From: Cenarchaeum sp.
GTDB lineage: Archaea > Thermoproteota > Nitrososphaeria > Nitrososphaerales > Nitrosopumilaceae
Reading direction: 5' to 3'
Assembly: GCA_965206845.1 (NCBI GenBank)
Contig: OZ242221.1
Location: forward strand, 160,001-224,000
DNA: 64,000 bases
Shown here: in pieces, positions 58,889-64,000 of the stretch
How the letters are laid out: each line of letters begins with the position of its first letter
Position numbering within the stretch: position 1 is the first letter of the stretch
Translations under genes and position numbers: made by a program
The notes under the pieces: model-generated
Told to the model about the DNA's origin: nothing
Database searches by the model: none
Seen by the model: the letters and a program-made list of their open reading frames with translations, nothing else

Positions 58889-59611
58889 CTAGCCCATAAC
58901 CTGCGCAAAGGCCGCATAGGGCTGCGCGCCGCTTACCGTTACCTCCTCGCCGCCGCTGAGCACGATGATGAAGGTCGGCGTCCGGTCTACGCCATGGCTC
59001 AGGCTCTCGCGAATGTTGCCTTCAACCCTCTGCTGGTATCTGTCTGAATCCAGGCACTCACTGAAGAGATCCGTATCCATGCCGATCTCTGCCGCAAACG
59101 CCTTCAGGTGCTCCGAGTCTGCCCAGCCGCTGTCGATTCTTGGCACCTGGGAGCTGTACAGCTGGTCGTGGTACTCCCAGTACATGCCCTGCTCCTCGGC
59201 GCAGTAGGTCGCCTGCGCCGCCTTGGGTGAGTCAAGCCCCAGCAGGGCTATGTCCATAAAGACCAGGTTGGCCTTGCCGGTATCTATGTAGTTCTCCTGT
59301 ATCGCGGGCTTGGTATCACGGAACCACTTGCCGCACAGGGAGCACTGGTAGTCGCCAAACTCGATCAGCGTAATTGGGGCATCCGGATCCCCGAGAACCG
59401 GCGAGCCCGTGGTGGTGACAACGCTTCCGTGCATTCTTGCAACGTCGGCATCCCCGGGCTCTGGGGCGTCAGCGACCTGCGGGGCGGTATCTGGTGCTAT
59501 GGGCACTTTGTCTGCAGCCCGGTTCGAGTCTGAGGCGTCAGAGATGTACGAGACGACAGCTGCGATGGCTATTAGCGCCGCAACTCCACCAATGATCGCC
59601 GACTTGTTCAC
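58889..59611 (-). CDS. DsbA-family thioredoxin-fold protein
   Basis: EFGDYQCSLC, GV..TPTF, GAQPY; N-terminal TM segment. Confidence 0.92.
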   Translation of the reverse strand: MNKSAIIGGVAALIAIAAVVSYISDASDSNRAADKVPIAPDTAPQVADAPEPGDADVARMHGSVVTTTGSPVLGDPDAPITLIEFGDYQCSLCGKWFRDTKPAIQENYIDTGKANLVFMDIALLGLDSPKAAQATYCAEEQGMYWEYHDQLYSSQVPRIDSGWADSEHLKAFAAEIGMDTDLFSECLDSDRYQQRVEGNIRESLSHGVDRTPTFIIVLSGGEEVTVSGAQPYAAFAQVMG

Positions 59612-59658
59612 ATCTGCAAAAAAAGCGTTACCGCTTAAAAACCTGCTCCGGTTTCGGA

Positions 59659-59838
59659 TCAGGCGTTTCCCTTAAACAGGCGTGCAATCTTTGAGACCAG
59701 CGTGTCGATGGGGCACGACTCGCATGCCATTCCTGCGGAATGCCGTTCGCTATGCCTGTCATATTCACGTCTTGATCCAAACAGCGTGTCGCACTTTTCG
59801 CAGTACACCTTCGACGTTACCCGTCTCTCTTCTCCCAT
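59659..59838 (-). CDS. Small C2H2-type zinc-finger protein
   Basis: CEKC...H...H plus a second CESC. Confidence 0.72.
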   Translation of the reverse strand: MGEERRVTSKVYCEKCDTLFGSRREYDRHSERHSAGMACESCPIDTLVSKIARLFKGNA

Positions 59839-59914
59839 GCGTGCGCTGACACTCTGGGGCATATAAAGATCATGCAGTCCCCTCGGATCGCATCAGGTGC
59901 AGGAGCGGGTCATC

Positions 59915-60286
59915 CTACACATAGTGGATCTTCTTATGCTCGTTGTGCTCCACCTCGTACCGTGTGATAAATCCGCAGTGCGGGCAGGAGTACATTCCCA
60001 CCGAGGTCTGGGGGGCATCCCGCTTCAAGGCCTTTCCCGTGATTGACTTTATCAGCACGACATCCTGCTGGAGGATTACTGCAAAGTTTCTTTGCTCGCC
60101 TATGCTACCCAAAAACTCCTTGATGGAGGCGATAACATCTGCTGCATTGATCGTGTCCTCGTCGTCTATGGGCGAGAGGACAAACTCATGAGACTTGATT
60201 GCGGGTATGGCCCCTATCTGGTCAGAGACGTACACCAGCAGCTCGTGTTTTATGGACTCGACATTCCGGCAATCAACAGTCAGCAC
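59915..60286 (-). CDS. Protein with a C-terminal C2H2 zinc finger
   Basis: CPHCG...H..IH. Confidence 0.8.
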   Translation of the reverse strand: MLTVDCRNVESIKHELLVYVSDQIGAIPAIKSHEFVLSPIDDEDTINAADVIASIKEFLGSIGEQRNFAVILQQDVVLIKSITGKALKRDAPQTSVGMYSCPHCGFITRYEVEHNEHKKIHYV

Positions 60287-60353
60287 AAAACAGTTTTAAA
60301 AAAAACACTATTTTAGTCTAACAGATTGGATAGATTCTTCCACGCGTGGCACC

Positions 60354-60737
60354 ATGGACTCGGAGACATTTGGCATTGAGAAGGGCCACGGCCAGAAGGC
60401 GGTGGACTGGATCAATGCGTGCGCCCGGCAGGAGAGGCTCAAGATTGAGGCAAGGCTGTACGGGCAGGATCTGGCGACCCAAAACTTTGGAGCCTTTGAG
60501 ATGTTCTCCTGGGTGGGAGACGTCAAGGTGGCCAGAAAGCTGATCATCCGGGCAAGCAAGCGGTACAGGATCAGGGTCATCGAGGGAGCCTACAAGACAA
60601 AAGAGAAGACATTCCGCATGAGAAGGACAGACTATGCAATGGTAAGAAGCGGAGACAGGATCATCGGCCATTTGGAGATGGAGGCCCCAAGGCTCGGCAG
60701 GGGCGGATGGAAGGTAAAGACAGAGGAGCGCAGGTAG
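60354..60737 (+). CDS. Conserved hypothetical protein
   Basis: Coherent basic 127-aa ORF. Confidence 0.75.
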   Translation: MDSETFGIEKGHGQKAVDWINACARQERLKIEARLYGQDLATQNFGAFEMFSWVGDVKVARKLIIRASKRYRIRVIEGAYKTKEKTFRMRRTDYAMVRSGDRIIGHLEMEAPRLGRGGWKVKTEERR

Positions 60738-61001
60738 CGGCCCTGCGGCAAGGGTAGATCGCTCCCGCGTCTGCGTGTATGGCAGTCATTCCGGCAATGC
60801 CGACACCTGATCCGACGCTGCACGGCATGCGGCAGACCGGGCAGCCAGACAGGTGCGTGTTTACCTGTACGGATGCGAGATCAGGTTCCCCCATTCAGGC
60901 ACAGGTCTGCATGCCTTGGTGTGTTTTTACGCCCGATCCGGTATGACACGCGCCTGCCCGGCCCAGATTGCTTTTAATATTGCAGACTCGGGAGGTGCCA
61001 C

Positions 61002-61283
61002 ATGAAGGCAGTCTGGAACGGCCACACACTAGCCGAGAGCGATGACACCGTAATGGTCGAGGGCAACCACTACTTTCCCGCCGATTCCGTCAAGAGAGAG
61101 ATCCTTATGCCCAGCAGCCTGACATCCTTCTGCGGCTGGAAGGGCATGGCAAAGTACTACTCCGTTACGGTAGACGGCAAAACAAACAGGGACTGCGCGT
61201 GGTACTACGAGGAACCCAACGAGGCGGCCCAGAAGATCAGGGGCAGGATCGCGTTCTGGAACGGCGTCAAGGTAGTATCGTAG
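61002..61283 (+). CDS. DUF427 domain protein
   Basis: AESDDT..VEGNHYFP, CGWKG.A.YY, AWYY. Confidence 0.92.
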   Translation: MKAVWNGHTLAESDDTVMVEGNHYFPADSVKREILMPSSLTSFCGWKGMAKYYSVTVDGKTNRDCAWYYEEPNEAAQKIRGRIAFWNGVKVVS

Positions 61284-61463
61284 CCACCACCAACACTCCC
61301 GGAGGCATGTCAGAGATGCAGGCGGCGCGCACCTGCCGCGATCAAAGAGCGTTTTGTGCCGGCAAGGTACGGTATGAGCCCTGTCTATGTGGCATGGCGC
61401 GAGACAGACCGGACCATCCGTGCATGCGCCTGCCCCGGGGACACATCATCGTATCAATGGCCG

Positions 61464-61694
61464 TCAGCGCGCGACGGCAAGGGTACAGGTTGAGATGATC
61501 CCGGGTATGCGCCTGATCTCCCTAGAGACTGCATGCTCTATCCCCTCCACCGTGCTGGCGTCTATCCTGACAAGCAAGTCGTACGCCCCAAAGGTGGGCA
61601 TCACCTCCTGCACGGCGGCCATCTTTTGGATCCTGCGAACCGCCTCGGATCCATGATCCGCATCGCAGACGATCATGACAAATACAGTCTCCAT
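61464..61694 (-). CDS. Lrp/AsnC ligand-binding (stand-alone RAM) domain
   Basis: TFGAYDLLV, IRRIPGI.ST.TL. Confidence 0.85.
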   Translation of the reverse strand: METVFVMIVCDADHGSEAVRRIQKMAAVQEVMPTFGAYDLLVRIDASTVEGIEHAVSREIRRIPGIISTCTLAVAR

Positions 61695-61695
61695 C

Positions 61696-63126
61696 CTACT
61701 CGCCTTTTACCTCCATGCGTGATTTGAACCTTGGCGTGATGCCCAGTGAGCTGTAGTCCCCGGTGGTGCATGTGAAGCACATCGAGTCCAGCGGCAGGCC
61801 GATGGCGCGGGCCAGGTTCTCTGCGTCGTTGTATCCCAGAAAGTCGGCGCCGATGTCCCGGCGAATCTGCTCCACGGTCTTTCTGCCGGAGTCCGAGTTG
61901 CTGGAGAATGCCGCCAGCTCCTCCTGTGACGGAAAGTCGATTCCCGCATAGCACGGATACATGATTGGTGGGAATGTGATCAGCATGCTGATCTTCTTTG
62001 CGCCGGACCTCTTCAGGGCCTTGATTATTGCACGGGAGCTTGTGCCGCGAACCAGGCTGTCATCTATTACCACCACATGCTGCCCCTGGATGATCTCCCG
62101 AATCGGGATTATCCAGCGGTTTATCTCGACGCGGTCGCTCTGGTGCGGTTCGATGAAGCTGCGCAGTGGGCCCTTCTTTGAGTACCTGTCCTTGAGCAGG
62201 CCCTCGTCAAACGGTATGTTCAGCGCCTGCGCGTATCCCAGGGCCGCCGGGCGCGCCGAGTCCGGGACCGGAATCACCAGATCCGCGTCACGTATCGGAA
62301 ACTTTTCTGCCAGCAGGCGGCCTATCCTTTTGCGGGTCAGGTAGATGTTTGCGCCCCCCATACTGGACGCCGGGTGGGCAAAGTACGTAAACTCAAAGGA
62401 GCAGTGGGCCCGCCGGGTGTCGGTGGAGAACATCTCGCTTGCCATCCCGCTGCTGCTGAGCTTGATGAGCTCGCCGGGCTGGACATCGCGCTCAAGGTCC
62501 GCGCCAACAGCGGAGAGCGCCGAGGACTCGGAGGCCACGACAAACGTGTTGCCGTCCTTTTTGTGGCCCAACACCATGGGTCGAAACCCCTTGGGATCCC
62601 GGGCCGCATACACGGATCTGTCATCGGAGATGAACGTAAAGCAGTACGAGCCGACCATCTCGTTCTTCAGTATCGACAGCGCCTTGCCCATCTCCCCCTC
62701 TTGCGATATCAGGGATACGATGCGCTGCGCCGCAACCAGCGTGTCGCTGGAGCTCTGAGGCGTAAACGAGCACCCGCCCACCAGGTTTGAGAGCTCTTCC
62801 ACGTTCGCTATGGTGCCGTTGTGCGCCACGCAGAGATCCCTTACCTTCAGCGGCTGTGCGTTGTCAAGGCTGCTTTTGCCGATCGTGGAGTACCGGACAT
62901 GGCCTATTGCACACGGAGATGCGTACTCTGTGGTTATCTTTTTGAACTCGTGGGAGGAGCCGGATACCAGGCCGATTCTCTTGAAGGGCGCTTTGCCGGG
63001 AACGGCAATGCCCCAGGCCTCCTGGCCGCGGTGCTGCAGTGCGCGCAGCGCGTCTATTGCCAGTGGGATCACGTTCAGTCCCTCCATGCTGTATATCCCA
63101 ATGATGCCGCAGTTCTCCTTAACCAC
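61696..63126 (-). CDS. purF: Amidophosphoribosyltransferase
   Basis: ENCGIIG, LQHRGQE, GHVRYST, HNG, PVPDS, DDSLVRGT. Confidence 0.97.
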   Translation of the reverse strand: MVKENCGIIGIYSMEGLNVIPLAIDALRALQHRGQEAWGIAVPGKAPFKRIGLVSGSSHEFKKITTEYASPCAIGHVRYSTIGKSSLDNAQPLKVRDLCVAHNGTIANVEELSNLVGGCSFTPQSSSDTLVAAQRIVSLISQEGEMGKALSILKNEMVGSYCFTFISDDRSVYAARDPKGFRPMVLGHKKDGNTFVVASESSALSAVGADLERDVQPGELIKLSSSGMASEMFSTDTRRAHCSFEFTYFAHPASSMGGANIYLTRKRIGRLLAEKFPIRDADLVIPVPDSARPAALGYAQALNIPFDEGLLKDRYSKKGPLRSFIEPHQSDRVEINRWIIPIREIIQGQHVVVIDDSLVRGTSSRAIIKALKRSGAKKISMLITFPPIMYPCYAGIDFPSQEELAAFSSNSDSGRKTVEQIRRDIGADFLGYNDAENLARAIGLPLDSMCFTCTTGDYSSLGITPRFKSRMEVKGE

Positions 63127-64000
63127 TGCCGACCAGATCCCCCAACGATATCATCCAGAGATTGCGCGTCTTATCAACGCTTAGTCTGACCACATCAGAT
63201 CGCCCACCAAATATGATCGAGCGATCCCCAAAGGTGCCGACTATGCCGTGGGGGGCGCCGCTGTGCCGGAGGATCTCCGCGATACGCTCCACATGTTCCG
63301 GCCTTGCCACCAGAAGGTACCTGGAGTGGCTCTCAGAGAATAGCAGCCGGTGCGCCGCCATGTCATCTGACGGCACCTGTTCCAGATCTACCATGCAGCC
63401 GATATCAGATGCCATGCACATCTCGCTTATCGCCACTGCCAGGCCGCCCTTGGAGCAGTCGTGCGCCGCTTCCAGCAGGCTCTTTCCTATCAGATCGAGC
63501 ACGCAGGACATGTTGCGGACAGATGCCGCGGGATCCACTCTAGGGCACCTGCCGCCCACAAGCCCGTGTATGTGCTCCAGGTACTCAGAGCCCCCCAGCT
63601 CGTCCCTTGTCTCGCCAAGTATGATCAGCACGCTGCCTTCCTTGATCGCAGACGGCCGGAGCACACAATTGGATAGGCCCAGCACGCCGATTACCGGGGT
63701 GGGCTTGATCGGGCCGCGGGGGGTCTCGTTGTAAAAGCTCACCTTGCCGCCGACGCAGGGTACGTTGGTGTACCGGGCAAACTCGGATATACCATTCAGG
63801 GCCTCCTTGAAGGTCCAGAATATCTCCGGATCCTCGGGACTGCCAAACTGCAGGTGATCCACCATCCCCACGGGCCTGGCTCCGGTGCACGCCACGTTCC
63901 GGCAGGCCTCCTCAAAGCACCCCACCGCCCCCTGCCTTGGATCCAGGTAGCAGTGCTTGGGGTTCCCGTCCATGGTCGCTGCCAGGTACCTCCCGTTGTC
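63119..64000 (-). CDS. purL: Phosphoribosylformylglycinamidine synthase large subunit, C-terminal part
   Basis: GGKVSFYNE, PTPVIG, HDCSKGGL, LFSES; truncated by the window end. Confidence 0.95.
   Translation of the reverse strand, partial: DNGRYLAATMDGNPKHCYLDPRQGAVGCFEEACRNVACTGARPVGMVDHLQFGSPEDPEIFWTFKEALNGISEFARYTNVPCVGGKVSFYNETPRGPIKPTPVIGVLGLSNCVLRPSAIKEGSVLIILGETRDELGGSEYLEHIHGLVGGRCPRVDPAASVRNMSCVLDLIGKSLLEAAHDCSKGGLAVAISEMCMASDIGCMVDLEQVPSDDMAAHRLLFSESHSRYLLVARPEHVERIAEILRHSGAPHGIVGTFGDRSIIFGGRSDVVRLSVDKTRNLWMISLGDLVGSG

Overview
Archaeal chromosomal segment. Gene content and protein styles point to an ammonia-oxidising archaeon (Nitrososphaerota, Nitrosopumilaceae). High GC, IS activity and giant LVIVD-repeat surface proteins suggest a host-associated (sponge-symbiont-like) lineage; this is inference. 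Core genes include hisB-H-A-F-I, purC/purF/purL, citrate synthase, gdhA, an Fe-alcohol dehydrogenase, an F420-type LLM enzyme, CopA, uL16, a tRNA-splicing endonuclease subunit, tRNA-Glu(CTC), an ABC exporter and a phosphate cluster (pstS, phoU-AbrB regulator, pstCAB, phoU, sixA, ppx). An accessory zone at about 3.6-26 kb holds a Fic protein, two 21-blade LVIVD proteins, a collagen-like gene, two intact IS elements with visible TIRs and TSDs, and decayed genes. Best leads: (1) a family of 28-bp 11-6-11 palindromes clustered around the LVIVD genes; (2) an orphan Dam-like methyltransferase embedded co-directionally in the phosphate cluster; (3) a phased 20-bp repeat array next to a G4 motif upstream of a wHTH regulator; (4) a 91-bp MITE inside the his operon; (5) two IS elements stacked upstream of the collagen-like gene. 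All calls come from reading the sequence by eye; no database searches were run.
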